From contig CAWJRN010000018.1 in NCBI GenBank assembly GCA_963845265.1, forward strand, positions 407,634 through 471,633: a stretch of DNA of 64,000 nt, read 5' to 3'. The DNA is from an uncultured Gammaproteobacteria bacterium. Its GTDB lineage: Bacteria; Pseudomonadota; Gammaproteobacteria; Chromatiales; Chromatiaceae. The notes under the pieces are model-generated. The model was not told the origin of the DNA. It did not search any database and worked only from the letters and a program-made list of their open reading frames with translations. Both the position numbers and the translations under genes were made by a program. Positions 10,036-20,553 of the stretch are shown here, piece by piece (the stretch's first letter is position 1; each line of letters opens with the position of its first letter).

Positions 10036-11964
10036 ATGCCCGATCGTCCAGACATGGACCCGCACGCCCAGGCCCTCCGTTTCCCGCTCCTGTCCGCGAT
10101 CGATGCCCCCTCCGATCTGCGTGCCTTGTCCGTCGCCGAACTCCCAGCCCTGGCCCAGGAGCTGCGCGCCTTCCTGCTGGATAGCGTCTCCCGCACTGGG
10201 GGCCATCTGGCCGCTGGACTTGGGGTGGTCGAGCTGACCATCGCCCTGCACTATGTCTTCAACACCCCTTCGGATCGGCTGGTGTGGGACGTAGGCCACC
10301 AGGCCTATCCCCACAAGATCCTCACCGGGCGGCGGCTGCGCATGGAGAGCCTGCGCCAGAAGGACGGCCTGTCCGGCTTCCCCAAGCGCAGCGAGAGCCC
10401 GTACGACACCTTCGGCGTCGGTCACTCCAGCACCTCCATCAGCGCCGCCATGGGCATGGCCGTGGCCGCCCGACTCAAGGGCGAGCGGCGTCGGGTGGTG
10501 GCGGTGATCGGCGACGGGGCGCTCAGCGCCGGCATGGCCTTCGAGGCCCTCAACCACTCCGGCGCCACGGACCTGGACCTGATGGTCATCCTGAACGACA
10601 ACGAGATGTCCATCTCCCCACCGGTGGGTGCCATCACCAGCCACCTGTCCCGGGTGCTGTCCGGCAAGCTCTATACCCGGGTGCGGGAGGGCAGCAAGTC
10701 GGCCCTGCGCGGCCTGCCCCAGATCCGCGAACTCGTCGGACGCTGGGAGGAGCACATGAAGGGCATGGTCATGCCCGGGACCCTGTTCGAGGAGCTGGGG
10801 TACAACTACATCGGCCCCCTCGACGGCCACGACATCCCGGCCCTGATCGCCACCCTGCGCAACATGAAGACCATGCCCGGGCCGCGCCTGCTGCACCTGG
10901 TCACACGCAAGGGCATGGGCTTCGCGCCGGCCGAGACGCAGCCGGTGACCTACCACGGGGTTTCGCCCTTCAACCGAACTACCGGGGAGCTGCGCAAATC
11001 CCCCGGGCGCCCGACCTACACCCAGGTCTTCGGCGATTGGCTGTGCGATGCAGCCGCGGCGGACCAGCGCCTGGTGGCTATCACCCCGGCCATGTGCGAG
11101 GGCTCCGGGATGACGGCCTTCGCCGCACGCTTCCCGACCCGCTACTTCGACGTCGGCATCGCCGAGCAACACGCCCTGACCCTGGCCGCCGGGCTGGCTT
11201 GCGAGGACATGAAGCCGGTGGTGGCCATCTACTCCACCTTTTTGCAGCGCGCCTATGACCAGCTCATCCACGATATCTGCCTGCAAGACCTGGACGTGAC
11301 CCTGGCGGTGGACCGCGCCGGGCTGGTGGGCCAGGATGGCGCCACCCATGCCGGGGCCTTCGATCTGAGCTACGCACGCAGCCTCCCAAATCTGGCCATC
11401 ATGGCCCCGGCGGACGAGGCCGAGTGCCGCCAGCTCCTCCAGACCGCCTACCTGCACCCGGGCCCGGCCCTGGTGCGCTACCCCCGGGGGTCGGGACCTG
11501 GCGTCCAGGTCCAACCTGGGCTCGACGCCCTGCCCATGGGTAAGGGCGAGATCCGCCGCGCCGGGCAGGGGATCGCGCTGCTTGCCGTCGGCAGCATGGT
11601 CGCCCCCTGCGCGGCTGTCGCCGAGGCCCTGGACGCGACGCTGGCCAACCTGCGCTTCATCAAGCCGCTGGATCTGGATCTGCTGCTGGACCTGGCACGG
11701 CGACATGAGCTGTTGGTCACGGTGGAAGAGAATGCCGTCCTCGGCGGCGCCGGCTCCGCGGTGGCCGAGGCCCTGAGCGCGGCCGGCGTAACCACGCGCT
11801 GCATCCACCTGGGCCTGCCGGACCGTTACATCCACCACGCGAGCCACCAGGAACAACTCGCAGACTGCGGCCTGGACGCCCCCGGCATCGAAGCGGCGGT
11901 GCGTGCAGCCCTTGGCCCGCCCCACAACCCACCCGAGACGACCCCAGGAGCAACCGGAACATGA
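10036..11964 (+). CDS. dxs: 1-deoxy-D-xylulose-5-phosphate synthase
   Basis: It contains [36 protein letters not shown] and the TPP motif [15 protein letters not shown]. Confidence 0.95.
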   Translation: MPDRPDMDPHAQALRFPLLSAIDAPSDLRALSVAELPALAQELRAFLLDSVSRTGGHLAAGLGVVELTIALHYVFNTPSDRLVWDVGHQAYPHKILTGRRLRMESLRQKDGLSGFPKRSESPYDTFGVGHSSTSISAAMGMAVAARLKGERRRVVAVIGDGALSAGMAFEALNHSGATDLDLMVILNDNEMSISPPVGAITSHLSRVLSGKLYTRVREGSKSALRGLPQIRELVGRWEEHMKGMVMPGTLFEELGYNYIGPLDGHDIPALIATLRNMKTMPGPRLLHLVTRKGMGFAPAETQPVTYHGVSPFNRTTGELRKSPGRPTYTQVFGDWLCDAAAADQRLVAITPAMCEGSGMTAFAARFPTRYFDVGIAEQHALTLAAGLACEDMKPVVAIYSTFLQRAYDQLIHDICLQDLDVTLAVDRAGLVGQDGATHAGAFDLSYARSLPNLAIMAPADEAECRQLLQTAYLHPGPALVRYPRGSGPGVQVQPGLDALPMGKGEIRRAGQGIALLAVGSMVAPCAAVAEALDATLANLRFIKPLDLDLLLDLARRHELLVTVEENAVLGGAGSAVAEALSAAGVTTRCIHLGLPDRYIHHASHQEQLADCGLDAPGIEAAVRAALGPPHNPPETTPGATGT

Positions 11965-13344
11965 ATGCCAAACGAGGCATCGCGGCCCTGATCGGGTTCG
12001 CCCTGGTGGCAGTCGTCACCCTCGGCCCCTGGTATCTTGGCCAACGCGCGGAGCAGGCCTATCGGGACCAGTTGGCGGCCCTGGAACGGCAACCCAAGGG
12101 GTGGCGCGTGGTCACCGAGGACTATCGGCGCGGCTGGTTTTCCTCCCAGGCGAGCGCAGAGCTGGCCCCGACCCAGGAGGGTCTGGCCGATGCCCTGCGC
12201 CTGCGCATCGACAGCCACCTCACCCACGGCCCCCAGGGCCTGTCGGACCTCACCTGGCCGCCGACTCTGACGCGGGCGGACAGCCTTTTGGCCCTGGACC
12301 ATCCGATGGTGCAGCTCTCCGGGGTGCGGGCGCAGACCCGCATCGGCTGGGATGGCGACGCCCTCAGCCGCGATTGAGCTGCCGGCCATGGACCAGCCCG
12401 CCGACGACAACCGCCTGGGACTGCGCATCGCCGCCGGTCAGGGCGAGCTGCACGTCGGCCGTGCTGGTCCCATCGCCGCCCGCGTCGAGCTGCCCGCCCT
12501 GGAACTGCTGGACGCCCAGGGCCACGCCTTCCTCGCCCTACGAGGGCTCAAGGCCGCCAATGAGATCACCCCCTGGCTCCCCGGGCTCGGCATCGGTTCC
12601 GGCGACCTCAGCATCGCTGAGGCGGCCGTTCAGGCGCCTGACCTGGAGATCGACGCCCGCGACCTGCACATCGCCATCGGCAGTCACCAGGACGCCGGTC
12701 TGCTGGAGATACTCATCAGCTACAGCGTCGCGACGCTGCGTATCGACGGGGCGGACTATGCCCCATCGCAGATCGACATCAGCCTCAACCGGCTGGGCGG
12801 GGAGGCCCTGTCGGCCGTGCAAACGGACCTGGCCGAAATTGCCGCCCAAGACCAGCCGGAGGCCATGGCCGGCATCGCCCGCCTGGCCGTGCTGATGCGG
12901 CACCTGCCCGAACTGGCCGTCACCAATCCCAGCATCGCCATCAAGCACCTGGACATCGCCACCCCTGAGGGTCAGGTCAGCGGGCATCTGACTCTGGGCG
13001 TCCAAGGCCTGACCGCAACGGATCTACTCAGCAAGGGGGCCTGGATACAGCGCCTCACCGGTGACGGGGAGCTGAGTCTGCCCCGCCGCGTCGCCCTGAA
13101 GCTCGCCACCCGGGCCATACTCCAAAAGACCCAGGGTGCCAGTGATCACCAGGATCGCCCCCCCCTGACCGCCGATCAGGAGCAGGCCGCGGCGGACGCT
13201 GCCACAGCCCAACTCGACGGGCTGCTCAGCAGCGGCTGGATCGGCGCCGAGGGGGATCGCATCAAGACAACCCTGATGCTCGCCGACGGCCTGCTCACCA
13301 TCAACGGCAAGACCCTGCCCATCGGGATCACTGGGGCCCAATAG
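11961..13344 (+). pseudogene. YdgA-like DUF945 protein split by a frameshift near 12352-12377
   Basis: ORF 11961..12377 ([32 protein letters not shown]...YRRGWFSSQ) and ORF 12352..13344 (ends ...TTLMLADGLLTINGKTLPIG) together have the length and the N- and C-terminal signatures of one YdgA/DUF945 protein. Confidence 0.65.
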
Positions 13345-13346
13345 CC

Positions 13347-14126
13347 ATGACCCATATCACACCCCTTCCAGCCTTCGACGACAACTACATCTGGCTCCTG
13401 CGCCCAACCGACGGAACGGGGGTCGCCGTGGTCGATCCCGGCGACGAGGTGCCAGTGTTGGAGGCCCTGGCCAGGGCCGACCTGACTCTGAGCGCCATCC
13501 TCATCACACATCACCACGGCGACCACACCGGCGGGGTGGCCGACCTGATCGCCGCCTACCCGGGGGTTCAGGTGCTGGGACCGAAGGACCAGCGCATCCA
13601 GGGCATCACCCAGGCACTGGGGGAGGGGGACGAGGTACGACTACCTGGCTTCCCCGAACCACTGCGGGTCATGGAGGTCCCTGGCCACACTGCCAGCCAC
13701 ATTGCCTATCGGTGGGGCGACGCCCTGTTTTGCGGCGACACCCTGTTCGCGGGCGGCTGCGGGCGCGTCTTCGACGGCACCTTCGAGCAACTCTCCGCCT
13801 CCCTGCTGCGCATCGCCGCCCTGCCGCCCGATACCCAGGTCTATTGCGCCCACGAGTACACCCTGGCGAATCTCGGTTTCGCCAAGTGGGTCGAGCCCGA
13901 CAGCCCGGCCTTGGCCGAGCGTGTGCGCGACGCCCAAGGCCTGCGGGCCTCGGGGGCGCCCACGGTCCCATCGGCGTTGGCCCTGGAGCTGGCCACCAAC
14001 CCCTTTTTGCGCACCGGTGAGCCAGGCGTCATCGCCGCCGTCGAGAGCTATGCCGGCCGCCCCCTGCACGGCCACGCCGAGGTCTTTACCGCCCTGCGCC
14101 AGTGGAAAGACCGGCTCTATGACTAG
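13347..14126 (+). CDS. gloB: Hydroxyacylglutathione hydrolase (glyoxalase II)
   Basis: It has the metallo-beta-lactamase motif ILITHHHGDHTGG and the GloB-type C-terminus NPFLR. Confidence 0.9.
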   Translation: MTHITPLPAFDDNYIWLLRPTDGTGVAVVDPGDEVPVLEALARADLTLSAILITHHHGDHTGGVADLIAAYPGVQVLGPKDQRIQGITQALGEGDEVRLPGFPEPLRVMEVPGHTASHIAYRWGDALFCGDTLFAGGCGRVFDGTFEQLSASLLRIAALPPDTQVYCAHEYTLANLGFAKWVEPDSPALAERVRDAQGLRASGAPTVPSALALELATNPFLRTGEPGVIAAVESYAGRPLHGHAEVFTALRQWKDRLYD

Positions 14127-14154
14127 TCGCTTTGCCAAGAGGTAGCAGGCCGCC

Positions 14155-14889
14155 ATGCCTCTGACCTGCGAGCCCATTGGTCATATCCGCTCGCCCTACA
14201 CGGACCGTTTCGGCATCCCGCGCCAGAGCGGGCTCGTAACCGCCGGTGAGGCCCGCTTGGAGTTGCTTCCCGCCTATGCCCGGGACGAGGCATTCGCCGG
14301 TCTTGATGGGTTCTCTCACCTTTGGCTGATCTTCGTCTTCCACACCTGCGTTGATGCCGGGTGGCGACCCAAGGTACGCCCGCCGCGTCTCGGCGGGCAG
14401 CGCCGGGTAGGGGTCTTCGCCAGCCGCGCCCCTTACCGACCAAACCCCATCGGGCTCTCAGCAGTGGAGTACCTCGGCCTGGAGCGCGATGCCCGAGGGC
14501 TCGCCCTGCGCCTGCGCGGCGCGGATCTGCTCGACGGCACCCCGGTACTGGATATCAAGCCCTATGTCCCCTACGCCGATGCCCTGCCCCAAGCCAGCGG
14601 CGGCTTTGCCCAGGCGGCCCCGGGCAGCGACTGGACTATCGAGTTCGCTGCCGAGGCACGGGCACAGATCGGCGCCCTCGACCCGGATGGTCGACGCCAG
14701 GTGGGTCTGCTGATTGAACAGATGCTGCGCCAGGATCCGCGCCCCGGCTACATGGACCGCTACCCGGAGCGCGACGCCTTCGTCATGCGCCTCTACGACT
14801 TGGAGGTGCACTGGACCCTGAGAGACAGGACGGCACGGGTGACTACTGTGATGTCGGATGAGGCATCGGCCCAGATCGACGCACCCTAA
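14155..14889 (+). CDS. trmO: tRNA m6t6A37 methyltransferase TrmO (TsaA/YaeB family)
   Basis: CEPIGHIRSPYTDRFGIPRQSGLV, RPNPIGLSAV and LDGTPVLDIKPYVPYAD are characteristic of YaeB/TsaA. Confidence 0.85.
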   Translation: MPLTCEPIGHIRSPYTDRFGIPRQSGLVTAGEARLELLPAYARDEAFAGLDGFSHLWLIFVFHTCVDAGWRPKVRPPRLGGQRRVGVFASRAPYRPNPIGLSAVEYLGLERDARGLALRLRGADLLDGTPVLDIKPYVPYADALPQASGGFAQAAPGSDWTIEFAAEARAQIGALDPDGRRQVGLLIEQMLRQDPRPGYMDRYPERDAFVMRLYDLEVHWTLRDRTARVTTVMSDEASAQIDAP

Positions 14890-14923
14890 ATGTTGGGCCT
14901 CCAAGGTCAGCCCAACCTACCGG

Positions 14924-15874
14924 CTACAGACTCCGCACCACCTCCGTCGCCAGTCGGGTCTTGATCGCCTCCTTGGCAGAGATCCAATACATCTTGTTCG
15001 GCGGGACACTGGCGGCTGCGAGGGCCAAGTCCGGGTCCACCCCCATCTCCCGCAGGTAAAGGGCCGACCCGGCCACATAGGACTGGCCCGTATTGTGGGA
15101 ACCCACGGTGCTCGGGGCACTGCTCTGGTGTATACCGATACGCGCTCCGGAGACGATGTAACGTGACACCCCGCCGGCCAGAACGTCGATGCAGGCCGAG
15201 GCGCAGGTCTGATCCACGGCCACGTTGAGCCCCTTCGCACGCAGGTAGCGGCCGAGCTTGCGCGCCTCCGCCACGCTGCCCCCCGGACTGTCGATAATCA
15301 GCCCGACGGCATGCTCTTGACTCAGGCGTGCGGCAATCTGGCTCGCCAGACCCGGCTGTAGTTCGCCCTGGAAGCGCACCCAGAGACCGCCGGCAGGTGC
15401 AGACTTCATCCCCTCGGGCGGTGGGGGGGTGACCATCCGCGAGGGCACCCCAGTGACCTCCGCGAGCCGTGCGCAAGCGCCCTCGGCGCCCTTCTCGAAG
15501 ACCCGACTCTCGCGTCGCACCAGGGGAAGCAGGGCGTCGGCACGCTCCAGCATTTGCTCCACTGTCACGTGGTAGCGCTTCATGGCGGCGAACACGGCGG
15601 CGTCGCCCACCCGCACGTCGCCGGACCGGACAACCCGCAGCATGTGGCACGCGGCCATCTGGGTCAGCAGGGCGTCGCGGTCCGACTCGGTCAAGCTCGG
15701 GCGCACCGGCGCCGCAGGCGCCAAAGGTGCTGCCGGCACTACCGGTGCTGCAGGTCGGGTCCTCGGCGGCGCGGCGCACCCACTCGCCAGGGCCAGACTC
15801 AGTAGCGCAACCAACCCAATGGCCCAGGGCTGGGACACCCGCTCTGTTCTGGCGCCAGAACTACCGCCAACCAT
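14924..15874 (-). CDS. Periplasmic ClpP/crotonase-fold protein (COG3904-like), probable lipoprotein
   Basis: The start is at ATG 15874. The signal peptide carries the lipobox LSLALASGC. The C-terminal half reads GLIIDSPGGSVAEARKLGRYLRAKGL...CASACIDVLAGG, which is ClpP-like. Confidence 0.5.
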   Translation of the reverse strand: MVGGSSGARTERVSQPWAIGLVALLSLALASGCAAPPRTRPAAPVVPAAPLAPAAPVRPSLTESDRDALLTQMAACHMLRVVRSGDVRVGDAAVFAAMKRYHVTVEQMLERADALLPLVRRESRVFEKGAEGACARLAEVTGVPSRMVTPPPPEGMKSAPAGGLWVRFQGELQPGLASQIAARLSQEHAVGLIIDSPGGSVAEARKLGRYLRAKGLNVAVDQTCASACIDVLAGGVSRYIVSGARIGIHQSSAPSTVGSHNTGQSYVAGSALYLREMGVDPDLALAAASVPPNKMYWISAKEAIKTRLATEVVRSL

Positions 15875-16083
15875 CTCAAGCCCTCGTATCCAGTGACATC
15901 GCAACAATCCGCCAGAAAAACGCCACCCGACCAGCGCGTCTTTTCTGGCCCGCGGCCATCGGCGGTTTCCCAATAACCTCCCCTAAAGTGGGCCCAATCG
16001 CGGCCCAAGGGTACCGCACGAGGGCCATTCGGATTACGCTAGGGCAAACCTCGCCGGTCCTCCGGCCTCGTCGAAGCAACGCT

Positions 16084-16851
16084 ATGAAAAATAAAATCGC
16101 AAACGTCTCCGTCACCACCATCGTCTGGGCCCTCGCCGGGGGCATTTTCGGGGCCATTTACACCGGACTCTACCAGGTTCTGCTCGCCCTGGGACTCGAT
16201 GGCTGGCAGGCCCTGGTGGTGGGTGGCGCCATCGCCGCTATGACCACCTCTGCCTTCTATGGCTCGATGCCCGTCGCCCTCATCGGCGCCATGGCGGGCA
16301 TGCTGGGGTCCATCGGTACTTTGATGGTCGTTGGCACCGCTGTCGATCTACCAGTCATCATCGGCGTCTGTGCTGTGACCGGCCTGGTGGTCGGGTTGTT
16401 CCACTCCTGGGTCCTGCCCAGCAACGCCGGCCCCTTGGGGGTCATCCTCACCGGCCTGGCCGCAGGGAGTGCCGCGGGAGCCCTGATGGCATGGTTCCTG
16501 ACCCTGGGTCTCATTGCCCAACCGGCCGGCCCCTTCGTCATTGCGGCAGGTGTGGTGGCCTTGGTGGGCAGTCTGTTTCAGCTCACCCGCCCCCATATCC
16601 TTCGCGCTTGCTTCGCCTGGTTACCCCGCGCCGCGGGCACCCCCATGGTGGCCGCTCTCATCGCCGCAGTGGTCGGGGCCGCGGTCGGCATCATGAGCGG
16701 CAGCGGGCTGTCCATCGCCGGCGAGGCCCACCAGCTCTTCGGCGAGGTATCCACGGGGTTCGTCGGCGGCATGGTCGGCGGCGCCATCACCGGGGCCCTC
16801 CTAGAGCTAATTGGCGTCCCGCTGGAGGATGAGATCGAACACAACCTGTAG
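16084..16851 (+). CDS. Gly/Ala-rich polytopic membrane protein, unknown function
   Basis: MKNKIANVSVTTIVWALAGGIFGAIYTGL... contains about 7 hydrophobic segments. The start is moved to ATG 16084. Confidence 0.55.
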   Translation: MKNKIANVSVTTIVWALAGGIFGAIYTGLYQVLLALGLDGWQALVVGGAIAAMTTSAFYGSMPVALIGAMAGMLGSIGTLMVVGTAVDLPVIIGVCAVTGLVVGLFHSWVLPSNAGPLGVILTGLAAGSAAGALMAWFLTLGLIAQPAGPFVIAAGVVALVGSLFQLTRPHILRACFAWLPRAAGTPMVAALIAAVVGAAVGIMSGSGLSIAGEAHQLFGEVSTGFVGGMVGGAITGALLELIGVPLEDEIEHNL

Positions 16852-17007
16852 GAGCCTAAGTAACCTTCGCGCTAACTCCGGGGCTGGCACCGGTCTGCGC
16901 CGTCTGGTATACCCTGCACGATTAGATTGCAGGGTAAGCGCCGTAGGGCACAGACAGACGACCCCGCACCAACATCGGCCCCTAGTACCAAGCCACCGGA
17001 ATACTGC

Positions 17008-17775
17008 ATGCGTATGATTCCCCGCTACCCCTATTTGCTCATTGGACTGGTCTTGAGCGTGCTGGCGCAGCCGGCCCTGGCCACGTCCGAGCAGCCAGAG
17101 GCCACCACCGACCCACCCAAGGCGGAGCCGACCAAGCCGGCGCCGCCGAGCGGGCCCAAGGCCAGCAGGGCCGAGGTATCGTCCCTCATCGAGCGCACCG
17201 CCACCCAGCTCGGCGTGGAGGTGGCCTTGGTCAAGGCGGTCGTCAGCGCCGAGTCCGCCTACAACCCCCACGCGGTCTCTCGCGCCGGGGCCGTCGGTCT
17301 CATGCAGGTCATGCCGGCCACGGCGGGGGACTACGGCGTCGGCAGTGCCGAGGCCTTGTTCGATCCGGCGGTGAACGTGCGTACCGGGGTGCGCCACCTC
17401 AAGCGCCTGCTGGACAAGTACGGCAACGACTATGGCCGCGCCATCATGGCCTACAACGCCGGCGAGGGGGTGGTGGACCGCACCAACAGCAACGTCACCT
17501 ATGCCGAGACCTTGGATTACACCGAGGCGGTCATCCGTCGGTACCGCAGCAACGGCGGCACCCAGCCCACCGAGGAGGCCATGCGCAAGGTGTCCACCCT
17601 GCGCCGGATGAGCTATCGGGGCAAGGGGCGGCGCCTGCTCAAGAAGTACCTCGACCCTGCCCTGCTCTCTCTGAAGGTGCGCCCGACCCTGTCCCTGGAC
17701 GACCTCAACCCGAGGAACCATCGTGTCGGCCCGGAGAGCAAGCCGATGTTCGAGTTGCACCCTCTACCCAACTGA
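17008..17775 (+). CDS. Lytic transglycosylase (SLT domain)
   Basis: The signal peptide is MRMIPRYPYLLIGLVLSVLAQPALA. The SLT catalytic region is VVSAESAYNPHAVSRAGAVGLMQVMPATAGDYG. Confidence 0.85.
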   Translation: MRMIPRYPYLLIGLVLSVLAQPALATSEQPEATTDPPKAEPTKPAPPSGPKASRAEVSSLIERTATQLGVEVALVKAVVSAESAYNPHAVSRAGAVGLMQVMPATAGDYGVGSAEALFDPAVNVRTGVRHLKRLLDKYGNDYGRAIMAYNAGEGVVDRTNSNVTYAETLDYTEAVIRRYRSNGGTQPTEEAMRKVSTLRRMSYRGKGRRLLKKYLDPALLSLKVRPTLSLDDLNPRNHRVGPESKPMFELHPLPN

Positions 17776-17823
17776 CTCTGGGGCCAGCCAGGCGCAGGCG
17801 GCCTGAAGGTACCCGGCCCAGCC

Positions 17824-18519
17824 TCAGGGCGTGCGTGCCACCGACCAGACGTCCACCCGCTCCACCCCGGCCCGTCTCAGCACCAGGGCCAACTCGGTTA
17901 CCGTACTCCCCGTGGTTACGACGTCGTCCAGAATAGCCACATGCTTGGCAACTGGAGACCGCGCCACCGCAAAGGCCCCGCGCACATTGCGGCGCCGCTC
18001 CCGATCATCGAGCCCAACCTGGGCGCTGGTATAGGCGACCCGCATGCAGGTCACTGTATCGGTGCGGACACCCAGCGCCGCAGAGATCGGCCGCGCTAAC
18101 TCTAAGGCCTGGTTGTAACCCCTTTCGCGCAGCCTCCGGGGGTGCAGCGGTACCGGCAATATGACATCCGGACGCCGTGCCCCCTCCTCCAACAGGGCCA
18201 GGGCCATCAACTGCCCCAGCAGGCGCGCCAGGTTGAAACGGGCGCGGAACTTGACCCCGCCGATCAGGGCCGGCAGCGGGTCCTCATAGCGAAAGGCCGC
18301 ATAACTGGCAGCAAAGGGTGGCGAACGACGCTGACAGGGGCCACAGAGTGTCCCGACGCTCTGCCCGGGGGGAAGCGGAATGGCGCAACGGGGACAGGCA
18401 TGTCGATTGTGGGGCAGGTCGGCGCGGCACCCTCGGCACAGGTCCAGGCCATCGTCACCCGGGGCCCCGCAGAGGACGCAGGTGGGCGGATAGACGCGCT
18501 GCAGGATTGCTTCGAGCAT
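17824..18519 (-). CDS. ComF-family phosphoribosyltransferase
   Basis: It has an N-terminal Cys4 ribbon (CVLCG...CRGC...CPRC...CGPC) and the PRTase motif VAILDDVVTTGST. Confidence 0.85.
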   Translation of the reverse strand: MLEAILQRVYPPTCVLCGAPGDDGLDLCRGCRADLPHNRHACPRCAIPLPPGQSVGTLCGPCQRRSPPFAASYAAFRYEDPLPALIGGVKFRARFNLARLLGQLMALALLEEGARRPDVILPVPLHPRRLRERGYNQALELARPISAALGVRTDTVTCMRVAYTSAQVGLDDRERRRNVRGAFAVARSPVAKHVAILDDVVTTGSTVTELALVLRRAGVERVDVWSVARTP

Positions 18520-18695
18520 GATCGCCGGGTCGGGAAGCTTGCCACTTCGTGAGGAGATGCCGATTCAAACCACCGCTGGAATGGTCCGTATTAGGAACGG
18601 CGCCAAGACCAACACCGATCGCGGACATAGCCGAAGCGGTTTATCCGCGTTTCCCTAGGGTAGCTTTGCCAGTATAAACCTGGAAAGGGCAGTTC

Positions 18696-18837
18696 AACCG
18701 CAGATTCCGCAGACAAACGCAGATGTTTCAGGGTGTTGCCCTCAATATCCGCCTCGCCCGGCGGGCGACGGGGGTGTTCTGATTAAACCGTGGATTCCCA
18801 TGTGTTTTATCTACGGACATCTGCGTCATCTGCGGTT
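18696..18837. repeat. Inverted arrays of phased CGCAGA(T) heptads flanking a ~90-bp core
   Basis: The left arm is aaccgcagattccgcagacaaacgcagatgt (18696-18726). The right arm is acatctgcgtcatctgcggtt (18817-18837), the reverse complement of aaccgcagatgacgcagatgt. Heptads are spaced 9-10 bp apart. Confidence 0.6.
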
Positions 18838-18887
18838 TCAAGGATAAACTCCGAGTTGGCGGAAACCACCAGACTGGAGAGACACAC

Positions 18888-19325
18888 ATGCTTGAGTATG
18901 TCTTTTTCAACGCGGAGCCCCGCAGGCGCTTCTGCGCCTTCCTGAGCGAGCAGGGTATCGAACCACAGCTCGCCGAGAGCGACCTGGAGCTGCTGGTACG
19001 GGTCGAAGAGTCCACCGTGGACGACGCGCTGGCGGACACTCTGGACGGCTACTACGACGAGATGTTCGAGCTGGACCACGAGCTCTACCACAGCCAGGTG
19101 GGGGTGGGCGCCGGCGAGCACACGGGGTCCGGGGTGGTGGTCAACCTCAAGGACGGTACCGCGGCCTACGCCAATGTCTCCCCGGCCCTGCTCGCCAAGG
19201 TGATGCAGGCCCTGACCCACGAAGAGCTAGCGGACCTGGTCAACGCCATCGTCGATGCGGTCGAGAATCCCGATCCGCGCAGCCTCTGCCAGCGCGCCCG
19301 GGAGCAGGTCGACCAAGGGGACTGA
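18888..19325 (+). CDS. Acidic hypothetical protein (145 aa)
   Basis: This is a clean ORF with GGAGAG upstream. Codon usage looks coding. I recognise no family. Confidence 0.55.
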   Translation: MLEYVFFNAEPRRRFCAFLSEQGIEPQLAESDLELLVRVEESTVDDALADTLDGYYDEMFELDHELYHSQVGVGAGEHTGSGVVVNLKDGTAAYANVSPALLAKVMQALTHEELADLVNAIVDAVENPDPRSLCQRAREQVDQGD

Positions 19326-19393
19326 CCAGGGTAGCGCGGAAACTGCCCAATACCTTGCGCGCCCGCCATCCTGTCCGCCGGCGCGGCACCCCG

Positions 19394-19445
19394 GTAAACC
19401 GAAACAGCACCATCCGGTTGACAGCATCCCCGGCTCGGTTACACT
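19394..19445 (+). promoter_or_regulatory. Putative bio operator (BirA box) overlapping a sigma-70-type promoter of bioB
   Basis: The inverted half-sites are GTAAACC (19394-19400), N15, GGTTGAC (19416-19422). TTGACA (19418-19423), N16, TACACT (19440-19445) lie about 26 nt upstream of the bioB ATG. Confidence 0.5.
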
Positions 19446-19470
19446 CCGAGCCCTTTCGCCCCAATCTCGG

Positions 19471-20529
19471 ATGCCGCCCATGTCTGCCACCACCACTTCC
19501 CTACCGGCTGAGCGCCGGACCTGGGGCGTCGCCGAGGTCGAGGCCTTGCTGTCACTGCCCTTCAGTGACCTGATGTACCAGGCCCAGCAGGTGCACCGCG
19601 CCCATTTCGATCCGAACCGGGTACAGGTCAGCACCCTGCTCAGCATCAAGACCGGGGCCTGCCCGGAGGACTGCGGCTATTGCTCCCAGAGCGCGAGCCA
19701 CGACACCGGCCTAGAGCGTGAGCGCCTGCTGCCCCTGGAGGAGGTCGTCACCGCGGCGAGCGCGGCCCGTGACCAGGGCGCGACGCGCTTCTGCATGGGA
19801 GCGGCCTGGCGCAACCCCACGGACCGCAATCTGGAGCAGGTCACGGCCATGATCGAGGCCGTCCACGGGATGGGCCTGGAGACCTGCGTCACCCTTGGCA
19901 TGCTCACCGGCCCCCAGGCGGAGCGCCTCAAGGACGCCGGGCTCGACTACTACAACCACAACCTGGACACCTCCCCGGAGTTCTACGGCCAGGTCATCAC
20001 CACCCGCACCTACCAGGACCGGCTGGACACCCTCTCCGAGGTCCAGCGGGTCGGGCTCAAGGTCTGCAGCGGCGGCATCCTCGGCATGGGGGAATCTCGA
20101 CGCGACCGCGCCGGGCTCCTCTGCCAGCTCGCCAACCTGCCCCAACCGCCGGAGTCGGTGCCGATCAATATGCTCGTCCAGGTCGAGGGCACGCCCCTGT
20201 TCGGCACCGTCCCCCTGGACCCCTTCGAGCTGGTGCGGACCGTCGCCGTGGCGCGCATCCTCATGCCCGACTCCCATGTGCGCCTGTCCGCCGGGCGCAG
20301 CGACATGAGCGACGAGCTCCAGGCCCTGTGCTATCTGGGCGGGGCCAACTCCATCTTCTACGGTGATCGCCTGCTGACCACGGCGAACGCCGAGGCCGAC
20401 CGGGATCTCGCCCTGTTCCAGCGCCTGGGGCTTTCCCCGGAGGCGGCCCACCACCCCCGGGAGGCCCCCGGGGCTTGTCACAGCCACAGCACCAGAGACG
20501 ACGCCGGCGAACCGGTCGCGGCCCCCTGA
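19471..20529 (+). CDS. bioB: Biotin synthase
   Basis: It has the radical-SAM motif [13 protein letters not shown] and the context [12 protein letters not shown]. The start is at ATG 19471; ATG 19480 is equally possible. Confidence 0.93.
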   Translation: MPPMSATTTSLPAERRTWGVAEVEALLSLPFSDLMYQAQQVHRAHFDPNRVQVSTLLSIKTGACPEDCGYCSQSASHDTGLERERLLPLEEVVTAASAARDQGATRFCMGAAWRNPTDRNLEQVTAMIEAVHGMGLETCVTLGMLTGPQAERLKDAGLDYYNHNLDTSPEFYGQVITTRTYQDRLDTLSEVQRVGLKVCSGGILGMGESRRDRAGLLCQLANLPQPPESVPINMLVQVEGTPLFGTVPLDPFELVRTVAVARILMPDSHVRLSAGRSDMSDELQALCYLGGANSIFYGDRLLTTANAEADRDLALFQRLGLSPEAAHHPREAPGACHSHSTRDDAGEPVAAP

Positions 20530-20553
20530 GCCGCGACCGCGGCACATGCCAGC

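Noticed and set aside
9571-11925. 784-aa minus-strand ORF
   Set aside because: It is antisense to dxs, which has unambiguous TPP-enzyme motifs. The composition is Gly/Ala/Arg-rich and no family signal is present.
18696-18837. Short phased repeats considered as a possible CRISPR array
   Set aside because: The units are only about 7 nt with 9-10-bp spacing and occur in both orientations. There are no 25-40-nt repeats or spacers, and no cas genes in the window.
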